This document shows positions 15,318 to 23,733 of a stretch of DNA of 32,000 nucleotides, one piece after another; positions within the stretch are counted from its first letter, which is position 1, and each line of letters starts with the position of its first letter. The stretch is taken from positions 1,410,001 to 1,442,000 of the forward strand of contig NC_014833.1 of NCBI RefSeq assembly GCF_000179635.2, written 5' to 3'. A program made the position numbers and the translations under genes. A model generated the notes under the pieces. The model did no database searches and was not told the origin of the DNA. It saw only the letters and a list, made by a program, of their open reading frames with translations. The stretch comes from Ruminococcus albus 7 = DSM 20455. Its GTDB lineage: Bacteria > Bacillota > Clostridia > Oscillospirales > Ruminococcaceae.

Positions 15318-17261
15318 TTATATATTGTAATCAGCAACATTATTACGCTCGGTGATCAGGGTGATGAGGTCACTTTTGGATATCGGCTTTGAGTAGAGAT
15401 ATCCCTGAGCGTAGTCAACCTCAAGATCGCGAAGCATTTGCAGCTGATGTTCTGTTTCAACGCCTTCCACAAGTATCTTGCGGCGCATCTGTCTTATCAT
15501 ACGCACGCTGCTTTCAAGGATTATCTGTCCCATCTGACCCTTTTCTGCACTCCATAGAATACTCTTATCTATTTTGACAACATCAAAATCAAGTCGGAAT
15601 ATAGACTGCATATTTGAATATCCTGTGCCGTAGTCATCCATAGAAAAGCGGAATCCCTGCCTTTTAAGGATCCGTACGACGCGGCTGAGTATGCTGTAAT
15701 CACTGGCAGCTATGGATTCGGTTATCTCGAAATTTATCATTTTTTTGTCAATTCCGAAGCTTTCTGCTATCTCTATGATATGTTCAGCAAATGAGGGCTG
15801 CATACACTGCAGCACCGATAGATTAACATTTATGCATTCCATGCCGTTTTCTTCGGGAAATCCGCTGTTGATAAATGAGCATACTTCACGGAAAACATAT
15901 TCATCAACTTCGTCGATAAGACCTATCTGTTCTGCTATTGGAATGAATTCATCGGGGAACAGGTTGCCCATTTCGGGATCATGCAGACGAATTAGTGCTT
16001 CAGCACCGTACAATCTGTTATCCTCGACGTAGAAAGTAGGCTGGTAGAATACCTCAAAATTATGCTGTTCAAGTCCGCGGGCAATAGCACTTTCAACAGC
16101 AGCACGTCGAAGCAGATAGTCAAGGTCTGAGCCTGTGAGGATGTTTTTATCAAGCTTATTCGGAACAGGGCTGTCCGCCATATACAGCGCATCACTGACA
16201 CTTCGTATTCTTTTAGGTACATCAGCTGACATTATGAGTACTTTCAGAGGGATCTCATTATCGCCTATACGCCATGGCTGTTCAAACCTTTCACTTATGG
16301 TTTTTGCAAGCCATTCTACCTTTTGTTCGTCTGTGCCCATGACAGTTATCATAAATGTGCCCGGATTTGTGCTGTAGATATAGTATCTTGGCACAAGTGA
16401 ACGCAGGTATTCAGCCACAAGTCTTGAAAGTGCTTCTGAATTATCCGAACCTGTAGCACGTTTGATTATCTCGGTATTCGTGATTTTTATACACAGCAAA
16501 GAAAGATTTTTTCCGCTGACTAAATATGTATGCATATCAGCTGTGACAGCGCGGCGGTTATATATGCCCATGCCTGCATCCATGCGGTCATCTTCTATTT
16601 CGATAGCTACCATAACACCGAGAAGGGCTATAGCCTCTGAAAGCAGCTCAGAGCGGATGTCATAGTTTATCAGCTGTAAGCATATCCCGAATATCACCAG
16701 TATAAAGAAGTATAGCATAGCTGTTCTGCGTTTACGGTTCAGTGCACGCCATGAGAACAGCAGCATGAATATTGCCATGGTTATATACAATCCGCTTATG
16801 ACATAAACTACCATCAGTCCCCAGTTGCGGTGATAAGTCATATTGCGGTCATAGTAATACATACAGTTTGTAGCCGGATTAAGAAGTACTATCAGTTCGA
16901 TTATTATCTCGGGGAAGGCGAGGGCGATATAGCGTTTTCGCTTGCCGTTGAAATTAACACCGCATACCGAAAATACGTATAGCAGGAATATTGCGGGAAC
17001 GGATGAGTGTATCAGGAAGTAAGAAAAATGCCCTGTTTTTACAAGTATCTCAGCTGTATGAGATATAGCAGCGCGGGAATTATTGCAGACTGCAAGTATC
17101 TCGGATATGCAGTTGAGGTCCAGCATTATAAGCATAGTAAGATATATTTTATTCTGCTGTTTGTCCGTACGTCGGTTAAGCAGCGTAAAAAGTATGCCGG
17201 TAGTGCCTATGAGCATTGAAGCGGCGTACATTACGATCTTTGATATGGTTATATATGACAT
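15318..17261 (-). CDS. Membrane sensor protein: multi-TM N-terminal domain, degenerate GGDEF-like domain, and EAL c-di-GMP phosphodiesterase domain
   Basis: The C-terminal domain has EALIR, NVNLS, EITES, DDYGTGYS, KIDKS, EGVET and QGY, which is the full catalytic EAL set. The middle ~170 aa has a GGDEF-domain layout but carries STNPGTF where GGDEF should be. About 7-8 hydrophobic helices occupy the first ~215 aa. RBS is GAGGAGGG. Confidence 0.9.
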   Translation of the reverse strand: MSYITISKIVMYAASMLIGTTGILFTLLNRRTDKQQNKIYLTMLIMLDLNCISEILAVCNNSRAAISHTAEILVKTGHFSYFLIHSSVPAIFLLYVFSVCGVNFNGKRKRYIALAFPEIIIELIVLLNPATNCMYYYDRNMTYHRNWGLMVVYVISGLYITMAIFMLLFSWRALNRKRRTAMLYFFILVIFGICLQLINYDIRSELLSEAIALLGVMVAIEIEDDRMDAGMGIYNRRAVTADMHTYLVSGKNLSLLCIKITNTEIIKRATGSDNSEALSRLVAEYLRSLVPRYYIYSTNPGTFMITVMGTDEQKVEWLAKTISERFEQPWRIGDNEIPLKVLIMSADVPKRIRSVSDALYMADSPVPNKLDKNILTGSDLDYLLRRAAVESAIARGLEQHNFEVFYQPTFYVEDNRLYGAEALIRLHDPEMGNLFPDEFIPIAEQIGLIDEVDEYVFREVCSFINSGFPEENGMECINVNLSVLQCMQPSFAEHIIEIAESFGIDKKMINFEITESIAASDYSILSRVVRILKRQGFRFSMDDYGTGYSNMQSIFRLDFDVVKIDKSILWSAEKGQMGQIILESSVRMIRQMRRKILVEGVETEHQLQMLRDLEVDYAQGYLYSKPISKSDLITLITERNNVADYNI

Positions 17262-17360
17262 TTGCTCCCTCCTCTTTGAAAGGATCTTATAATCCGGTCA
17301 GTCTTTAATTACAGCAGATCTATTTTTAAACGCTGTAGACTGACCTTATTTTATAAAATT

Positions 17361-17389
17361 ATTATAACATATTATTACGCAAAAGTAAA
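17361..17389 (-). promoter_or_regulatory. SigA-type promoter for the EAL gene
   Basis: On the minus strand: TTTACT, 17-nt spacer, TATAAT, with an extended -10 TGt. Confidence 0.5.
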
Positions 17390-17512
17390 GATATAGAGGG
17401 GGAAAAATGAATATTTTTCTGATAATGCTGCTTTACCACAAAGATACTGAGGATATGTTTACCTGAATTATAACTTCAAACCGCTTTTATCGACCAAGAT
17501 CGCTTATTTGTG

Positions 17513-17552
17513 TACAAAAAAACTCCCTTGCCGATTATCAGCATGGGAGTTT
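17513..17552 (-). terminator. Intrinsic terminator after the sortase cassette (minus strand)
   Basis: On the minus strand, AAAACTCCC...GGGAGTTTT is followed by TTTTTTTG, immediately after the stop at 17560. Confidence 0.7.
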
Positions 17553-17559
17553 TATATAT

Positions 17560-18468
17560 TTAATAATCAATTTCTTCTGTTATGCTCTGGGCATAGCGTA
17601 CACGGAAAACGTGTATTATCTGTGCAAATATTATAAACACAAGACCCAGTGCAAGAAGTATGCAGTTTACTATGATCAATCTGTCAGTAACACCGTATAT
17701 CGCACCGGTGATCGCATAGTAGATACTTGGATCTTCCATGAAAAGACCGTCAAAATAGCCTGAGAAGCGTAAGTAAAGTGACGGTATCAGGAATAACAGT
17801 GAGCTGCAGAATAAGATTGTTCCGATCCAATAAGGCAGATCAAATGGATGATGCCTGTCAATGTACCACATCATACCCAAAAGGCTCAGAAGTAAAAACA
17901 GACATATACCCATAGCCATGCCCATTTCAGGCACGATCTTCTTAAATATAGAAGAATAATGGCTGTCAGCCAGTTTCTTTACCATAAGTATATCAAAGGA
18001 TGATACAACTTTCTTTTCAGCATTATCAAGGGTGTTGTCGATCAAAGAGTAATATTCCTGATCCTTTTCTATATTATTGGCTTCTGAATATTTCTCAACA
18101 TAGTCGATAACATCAACTTCAAAGTCTGTAAAATCGTAATCAACAACAGGTTTTGAAAGAGATCTGCCGAACATATATTCAAGAGAGCTTCTCACAAGTT
18201 TTTTAGCAGTTGCAGAAACTTTCTTTTGGTTAAGACTCTTGGTATAGACTTCCTTGGGAATGGATGTTGGATTGGAGTACTGACCGAAGTATTCATCCAG
18301 TTCATTATACAAGGCGGTATCAGCTCCGCTTTTACTTATTGTCCAAACGTAATAATCTGTATTGAAGATCATAGTATCGCAGAAAATAAGCAGCTGCATG
18401 ATTACTGCGGCAATTGTTGCGAATATGGCTAAGGTCAGCATCGGGCCGTAATGATATAATCTTTTCAT
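17560..18468 (-). CDS. Hypothetical polytopic membrane protein, third gene of the sortase cassette
   Basis: One N-terminal TM, a ~150-aa extracytoplasmic region, then about four C-terminal TMs. The start is ambiguous between 18468 and 18501. I prefer ATG at 18468, 9 nt after GAAGGA. The longest form overlaps the sortase stop. Confidence 0.6.
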   Translation of the reverse strand: MKRLYHYGPMLTLAIFATIAAVIMQLLIFCDTMIFNTDYYVWTISKSGADTALYNELDEYFGQYSNPTSIPKEVYTKSLNQKKVSATAKKLVRSSLEYMFGRSLSKPVVDYDFTDFEVDVIDYVEKYSEANNIEKDQEYYSLIDNTLDNAEKKVVSSFDILMVKKLADSHYSSIFKKIVPEMGMAMGICLFLLLSLLGMMWYIDRHHPFDLPYWIGTILFCSSLLFLIPSLYLRFSGYFDGLFMEDPSIYYAITGAIYGVTDRLIIVNCILLALGLVFIIFAQIIHVFRVRYAQSITEEIDY

Positions 18469-18473
18469 TCCTT

Positions 18474-19220
18474 TCATTCCTTCGTCTTGACCTCTTTCCA
18501 TTCAATATCCTCCAGCTTGCATATATACGCAAGTCGATATTCAGACATACCGAGTTTACCATTGTTCCAGCACGTATACATAGTAAGTCTGTCATCGTCT
18601 GTGGGATACACGTATTTGTAATCCTTCTCGTGGAAAACGACTCTTTCATTTATAACGTAGGTACACTTGCAGTAAACAGTCTCAAGTGTAACAACGTCGC
18701 CGATCTCGCACTTTGGCAGATTGTAGAAAAATGTATGGTTGTGACCTGCGATAACTACATTACCGGGTCTGCCTATATATACAGAACCGTTATACCAGCC
18801 TGCACCTGATTCGAGAACATACGGATCAGTACCGCTGTATACAGGCACGTCTTTAAGACCTGCAGCCTGACAGTTCAGCGTAGCATAGAAATCACCGTAG
18901 TAAGGATAGACAATGACGTGTTTTTCCTGCTCGCCATTGACCTCTACCTCGATCTCCTTTATCTGATCCGGAGCATCATCATCACGGTACTTGTTAAGTG
19001 TACGCAGATTTCTGACTTCCATTGGTGTAGCACCAAAAGCAGTGTCAAGATAAGGTTTATACTCTTTATAGGGTTTGAATAAAGCAAGAACAGCCACACT
19101 GCACAATATCGCCAATATCAAAAAGGGTGTGAGAACATAAGTGAATGTCCTCAACACCCGTGATGACGAAGTTTTATGCCTATGAGTGCGGTGTTCCGTC
19201 TTTTTTACGGCATCACTCAT
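18474..19220 (-). CDS. Sortase-family transpeptidase
   Basis: It has an N-terminal TM anchor. The catalytic His is in VIAGHNHTFF, GD is in CEIGDVV, Cys is in LTMYTCW (TLxTC-like) and Arg is in EYRLAYI. RBS is GGAGTG. Confidence 0.8.
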   Translation of the reverse strand: MSDAVKKTEHRTHRHKTSSSRVLRTFTYVLTPFLILAILCSVAVLALFKPYKEYKPYLDTAFGATPMEVRNLRTLNKYRDDDAPDQIKEIEVEVNGEQEKHVIVYPYYGDFYATLNCQAAGLKDVPVYSGTDPYVLESGAGWYNGSVYIGRPGNVVIAGHNHTFFYNLPKCEIGDVVTLETVYCKCTYVINERVVFHEKDYKYVYPTDDDRLTMYTCWNNGKLGMSEYRLAYICKLEDIEWKEVKTKE

Positions 19221-19250
19221 AATAATTCACTCCGAAATGTTTACTTTAAA

Positions 19251-19898
19251 TCAAGCCTTGTTCTTCTTGGCGATCATGAATACACCAAAGCCTGCAACTG
19301 CAAGTGAAACTGCTGCAACAGCTGCTGCTGCGTTAGAAGTTTCAGTCTCAGCACCGGTAGCTGCTACGGGGTTGTCACTCTTGATAGTTGTACCGCTGCC
19401 GCCATTGTTGTTTTTGTTGCCGTTGCCGTTAGAAGAGCTGTCATTACCATGCTTATGCTCAGCTGCAACAGAGAAGTGAGCGTCATCTACCTTAGTGATA
19501 GTAACGATAACATCGTGCTTTTTACCCAGAGCGATAAGGTCATCCTGAATAGCCTTCTTATCAGCCTCAGTCCACTCCTTACCGATAAGGATCTTATCAG
19601 CCTCGGTCAGATCAGCGGGAGCCTTATTAACTACCTGCTTAGCGCCGCCCTTGCAGTAAGGTGCAACATAAGTATCTCTGATGTTGTTCAAATCAGCGAT
19701 CATATCATCATACTGAGCGCTTGTGAAGCAATCCTTATGTACCTGCAGGAAATTATCCAGTTCCTGTACGTTGTTGGACTGTACACCTGCTTCTTTAGCA
19801 GCCTGAACTGTTTGTTCATATGTTGCAGCAAATGCAGATACAGACATTGTTGCTGCCATGATAGCAGCAGCTGCAAATGCGGAAATCTTCTTGATCAT
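19251..19898 (-). CDS. Secreted, cell-wall-anchored surface protein (putative sortase substrate)
   Basis: ATG at 19898 lies 7 nt after GGAGGA. The signal peptide is MIKKISAFAAAAIMAATMSVSAFA|A. The C-terminus has a Gly/Asn-rich linker, then NPVAATG, a hydrophobic helix and a KKNKA tail, which is the tripartite architecture of a cell-wall sorting signal. Confidence 0.75.
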   Translation of the reverse strand: MIKKISAFAAAAIMAATMSVSAFAATYEQTVQAAKEAGVQSNNVQELDNFLQVHKDCFTSAQYDDMIADLNNIRDTYVAPYCKGGAKQVVNKAPADLTEADKILIGKEWTEADKKAIQDDLIALGKKHDVIVTITKVDDAHFSVAAEHKHGNDSSSNGNGNKNNNGGSGTTIKSDNPVAATGAETETSNAAAAVAAVSLAVAGFGVFMIAKKNKA

Positions 19899-19964
19899 CT
19901 TTTTTTCCTCCAAACTCAAATGATTTAAGGCATAGCCTTAACTATTCCTTCTTTGACACCATTA

Positions 19965-19993
19965 ATGATATCATAAAACGTTTGAAATTGCAA
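19965..19993 (-). promoter_or_regulatory. SigA-type promoter for the sortase cassette
   Basis: On the minus strand: TTGCAA, 17-nt spacer, TATCAT, with an extended -10 TGa. Confidence 0.5.
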
Positions 19994-20101
19994 TAGCGTA
20001 TATGTAACTTTGTGCAAAGTGCATAGATTTTTTTTAACCAATCTAATAGAATATAATAAAATAACGGTATTATTTTTTTGATTTATGCAGTATTTTGTTA
20101 A

Positions 20102-21604
20102 TCAAATATTATCAGATGTGGAAAATGGTGCCATTGGTAAACCATTTTTACCAAATACTGTAACTTCACCGTAGTTTGTCCAGTTATACCTGACAGCTTT
20201 AGGTGACGGAACTTTTTCTGAAGCAACTATTGCTTTTCCGCCTCCGAGTGCAACATCTGCGGGGTGGAACACACCGTCTTCACCTGCTATCTCAAAGCCT
20301 TTTATACAGCCTTTGACTTCAAAGCCTTTTTCGGCATTGGAAAATTTGACCTCAGCTTTTCCATCTTTGAAAACGCAGCTTTCAAAGATCGGGCCGAAAG
20401 CATCTACGTCCATACCGTATACCAGCTTTTCAGCCTGCAGACAAAGTCTTTCACCAACAGGGAGTTTATCCTTGGGGTGAATCTCGTTGAATTCGCCCTT
20501 GTCAAGTATTACAGCTATACCTGTATTTTTAATAGTACGGAATGCTTTCATCTGTGCTGAACGTATCTTGCACCAGTGTTTATAGTCAGGGTCAGCGGCA
20601 TAGCGGTGCATGGGGAGCTGTACCATTATAAAGGGCAGCGTATCATCGCCCCACACTTCGCGCCATTTTGCTATCAGTGTTGTCAGAAGTACGTAGTAGC
20701 TGTCGGGCTTGTGGTCATCCGATTCACCCTGATAATACAAAAATCCGCGTATTGTATAAGGACATACCCTCATTACCATGTTTTCAAACATATTACACGG
20801 GCGGAAGGGATTGAATTCATTTTTTGGTCCCGGCCATCCGTATACGCCTATCTTTTCTTCAAGCTGTCCCCATGACATATCCGGATCATCTTTCCAGTAT
20901 TCCTGTGCTTTTGCTAGCCAGTCTTTTTCATGCTCAAGAAAGCCTTCGTATTCGGCTTTCTGTTCTTCAAGGGTCTTGCCTTTTATGGTTTCCTCATATT
21001 CCTCTATGTAAGCGGATATACGCTTGTCATTTTCAAGTGATGCTCTGTCCAGCCAGCATGAAGCCGATGTACCTCCCCAGTTGCATCCGATAAGTCCAAC
21101 AACTACACCAAGTTCCTTTGAAAGCTTGCGGGCAAAGTGAAGACCAACTGCGCTCCAGCATTTTGAAGCTTCGCTGCCTGCTCTGCTCCATACTGCATTT
21201 TTGCTTTGTTCTTCAGCAGCCTCTGCTGATGCTACCTTTGGAGTGTAGTAGTAGCGTATCGGTGTATCTTTGTCAAGTTCAGCAAGATATGAGGCGCCGT
21301 CCTTTGCGTTCTGTATCTCAAGCTCCATATTGGATTGTCCGCCAAGGAACCATACCTCACCAACGGCAATATCCTTGAAAGTCAGTGTATCAGTGCCGTC
21401 TGATACCGTCAGCGTCAGATCCGCGGCTGCTTTCATCGGAGAAAGCTCGCAACGCCATTTGCCGTCCTTTACGGTACACTCTGCACTGTTATCACCGATA
21501 GCCGCAGTGATGAGTTTACCGTCTTCGCCTGTACCCCATACAGTTATGCACTTTTCGCGCTGGAGCACCATGCTGTCAGAAAACATCTGTGAACATTTCA
21601 ACAT
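20102..21604 (-). CDS. SASA-family (sialate O-acetylesterase-like / carbohydrate acetylesterase) protein
   Basis: N-terminal MVLQR.....WG is followed by GEVWFLGGQSNME (SGNH-like nucleophile motif) and WGGTS. This is the typical ~500-aa DUF303/SASA architecture. No signal peptide is present. Confidence 0.8.
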   Translation of the reverse strand: MLKCSQMFSDSMVLQREKCITVWGTGEDGKLITAAIGDNSAECTVKDGKWRCELSPMKAAADLTLTVSDGTDTLTFKDIAVGEVWFLGGQSNMELEIQNAKDGASYLAELDKDTPIRYYYTPKVASAEAAEEQSKNAVWSRAGSEASKCWSAVGLHFARKLSKELGVVVGLIGCNWGGTSASCWLDRASLENDKRISAYIEEYEETIKGKTLEEQKAEYEGFLEHEKDWLAKAQEYWKDDPDMSWGQLEEKIGVYGWPGPKNEFNPFRPCNMFENMVMRVCPYTIRGFLYYQGESDDHKPDSYYVLLTTLIAKWREVWGDDTLPFIMVQLPMHRYAADPDYKHWCKIRSAQMKAFRTIKNTGIAVILDKGEFNEIHPKDKLPVGERLCLQAEKLVYGMDVDAFGPIFESCVFKDGKAEVKFSNAEKGFEVKGCIKGFEIAGEDGVFHPADVALGGGKAIVASEKVPSPKAVRYNWTNYGEVTVFGKNGLPMAPFSTSDNI

Positions 21605-21645
21605 TATTATTCCTCCCCGTATTACCCATTTTTATCCATACAGGA

Positions 21646-21930
21646 TCATTTAATTACCCAAAGTATCAGTCTGGCGATAAGGTATACAGCCTGATACAGC
21701 AGAACCACCCAGCCGCCGCAAACCGTTAGTATAAACCCAAGTGCGATGCCGCTTGTGAAGCCTTCACGACCGTACTCCCTCGGGCTATTGCTGTTCCTGA
21801 GTGCAGGCGCTGCCCAACCTGAGTCGATACCGAATATGGCTGAGTGTATGCCCAGATAAAGCCACAGCACATAGTATATCAGCGAAATGCGGAATATCCA
21901 TGTGAATATGAGCCCTATAATATTCAGCAT
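21646..21930 (-). CDS. Hypothetical small membrane protein (about 3 TM)
   Basis: ATG at 21930 lies 7 nt after GGGAGG and downstream of its own promoter. The listed upstream extension to 22059 would run through the promoter and the galE terminator. Confidence 0.55.
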   Translation of the reverse strand: MLNIIGLIFTWIFRISLIYYVLWLYLGIHSAIFGIDSGWAAPALRNSNSPREYGREGFTSGIALGFILTVCGGWVVLLYQAVYLIARLILWVIK

Positions 21931-21988
21931 CACGGCACCTCCCGAACGGTCATCCTTACTCGTCCCGATACTCTTGATCTTTCTTTTG

Positions 21989-22017
21989 ATTTTACCACAA
22001 CGATATGGTTTTGTCAA
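21989..22017 (-). promoter_or_regulatory. SigA-type promoter
   Basis: On the minus strand: TTGACA, 17-nt spacer, TAAAAT, with an extended -10 TGg. Confidence 0.55.
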
Positions 22018-22056
22018 CGTAAAAACGCCCGGAAAACGTAAATTTTTTCGGGCGTT
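22018..22056 (-). terminator. Intrinsic terminator after galE (minus strand)
   Basis: On the minus strand, AACGCCCG...CGGGCGTT is followed by TTT. Confidence 0.6.
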
Positions 22057-22089
22057 CATGTTTAATTATTTGGTCGGTCTTATTTAAGA

Positions 22090-23100
22090 TCAAAGACCCT
22101 CAGGATTGTTCTTTATAAAATTCCAGCTGCTTGCAGTCATTTCATCGAGGGTCAGCTTAGCTTCCCAGCCGAACACTTTCTTTGCCTTGTCGGGATTTGC
22201 ATAGCAGGTGGCTATATCGCCCGCACGTCTGGGCATAACCTTGTACGGAAGTTCCTTGCCGCAGGCTTTCTCAAAGCTGTGAAGTACATCATAAACGGAA
22301 GAACCCTTGCCTGTTCCGAGATTCACCGCATCGCAGCCTGTATTTTCCATAACGTATTTCAGTGCGCACAGATGCCCCTTTGCAAGGTCAACAACGTGTA
22401 TATAATCGCGCACTCCCGTACCGTCGGGGGTGTCATAATCATCACCGAAGATACCCAGCCTTTCCAGCTTGCCCACAGCTACCTGACATATATACGGCAG
22501 CAGATTGTTGGGTATGCCGTTGGGGTCTTCACCGATGAGTCCGCTCTCGTGTGCACCGATGGGATTGAAGTATCTCAGCAGCGATACCGACCACTCGGGA
22601 TCTGCCACACATACATCACGTAGTATCTGCTCTATCATCACCTTGGTGTAGCCGTATGGATTGGTGGCAGATGTAGGCATATCCTCGGTGTATGGAGCTT
22701 TGTTCACGGGACCGTAAACAGTAGCAGAGGATGAGAATACTATCTTCTTGCAGCCTGCCTTGCGCATAGCCTGTATCAGCAGGAGAGTGCCTGTGATATT
22801 ATTATGATAGTATTCAACAGGCTTGGCAACGCTCTCGCCAACAGCTTTGAGTCCTGCAAAATGGATAACTGCATCGATCTTGTTTTCCTCGAATATCCTG
22901 TCCATCGCAGCGAGATCGAGCATATCAGCTTCATAAAAACCAAATTCCTTGCCTGTTATCTTCCTTATCCTGTTAAGTGCTTCGGGCTTGGAATTGGAAA
23001 AGTTATCCATAATAACTACATCATAGCCTGCATTCAGCAGTTCAACAACGGTGTGGCTGCCTATAAATCCTGCACCGCCTGTAACGAGTATCATAGCCAT
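22090..23100 (-). CDS. galE: UDP-glucose 4-epimerase
   Basis: ILVTGGAGFIGSH, the YG.TK active-site motif (PYGYTK), RYFNP.GAH and DY.T.DGT..RDYIHV.DLA.GH, collinear with GalE across 336 aa. Confidence 0.95.
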   Translation of the reverse strand: MAMILVTGGAGFIGSHTVVELLNAGYDVVIMDNFSNSKPEALNRIRKITGKEFGFYEADMLDLAAMDRIFEENKIDAVIHFAGLKAVGESVAKPVEYYHNNITGTLLLIQAMRKAGCKKIVFSSSATVYGPVNKAPYTEDMPTSATNPYGYTKVMIEQILRDVCVADPEWSVSLLRYFNPIGAHESGLIGEDPNGIPNNLLPYICQVAVGKLERLGIFGDDYDTPDGTGVRDYIHVVDLAKGHLCALKYVMENTGCDAVNLGTGKGSSVYDVLHSFEKACGKELPYKVMPRRAGDIATCYANPDKAKKVFGWEAKLTLDEMTASSWNFIKNNPEGL

Positions 23101-23142
23101 GTCAGATTACCTCCGGTAAATCATTTTAATTAATATATAATC

Positions 23143-23170
23143 ATTATACCATATTCTGCTCATATTTCAA
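23143..23170 (-). promoter_or_regulatory. Candidate SigA-type promoter for galE
   Basis: On the minus strand: TTGAAA, 16-nt spacer, TATAAT, preceded by TGg. Confidence 0.45.
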
Positions 23171-23220
23171 TTGACAATTCTGCTAAAAATATGTGACTGA
23201 TGCTGTTACCCGCGCGAGGG

Positions 23221-23733
23221 TTATGACAGCTTTTCTTTCAGCTGCTTTTCGATATTATCAGCATCGTCTGAGATTATCAGGATATCAAAACCGCCTGCGC
23301 TGAATATCTTTGCGTTATCAAGTTTGGTCATTTCATCGGGACGGTAATCGCGGAATGTGGAGATGCGGTCATCAAGACGCTGTTTCAGCAGTTCCTGACC
23401 GTCAGTGCCCTCAGCGAACTTTACAACGGATACCTCGTCTGCATATCCGCCTTCTTCATTATAAAGTATGGCGCCGTCACTGATATTCTCAAAACCTGTG
23501 CCGTAAAGCCTTGCAGCGTATTTGTCATATTTCCCCTCAGACTTATGAAGCCTGCCGTCCAGGTTATCTCCGCTTATGCCTTCGATCAGTTCTTCCGCAG
23601 AGATATCCGCAGCTGCCTCTGTGCTTTCCGCCGAAGAGGACTTATCTTTATCTGCATTGTTTTTTGCGCTGCAGCCGCCAAGCATTATCGCAGCGGCAAG
23701 TATAAGTGCTGTGTATCTATTTTTCTTCGTCAT
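23221..23733 (-). CDS. Lipoprotein, DUF4358-like
   Basis: ATG at 23733 follows GAGGTGG. The lipobox is AIMLGGC|S. The mature part resembles DUF4358 as I recall it (YGTGFENISDGAILYNEEGGYADEVSVVKF...). It overlaps the end of the upstream gene by 17 nt. Confidence 0.6.
   Translation of the reverse strand: MTKKNRYTALILAAAIMLGGCSAKNNADKDKSSSAESTEAAADISAEELIEGISGDNLDGRLHKSEGKYDKYAARLYGTGFENISDGAILYNEEGGYADEVSVVKFAEGTDGQELLKQRLDDRISTFRDYRPDEMTKLDNAKIFSAGGFDILIISDDADNIEKQLKEKLS

Noticed and set aside
17262-17360. c-di-GMP riboswitch upstream of the EAL gene
   Set aside because: The leader is essentially a single interrupted hairpin. It lacks the conserved GEMM-I/II sequence features I know, such as the paired tetraloop-receptor helices.
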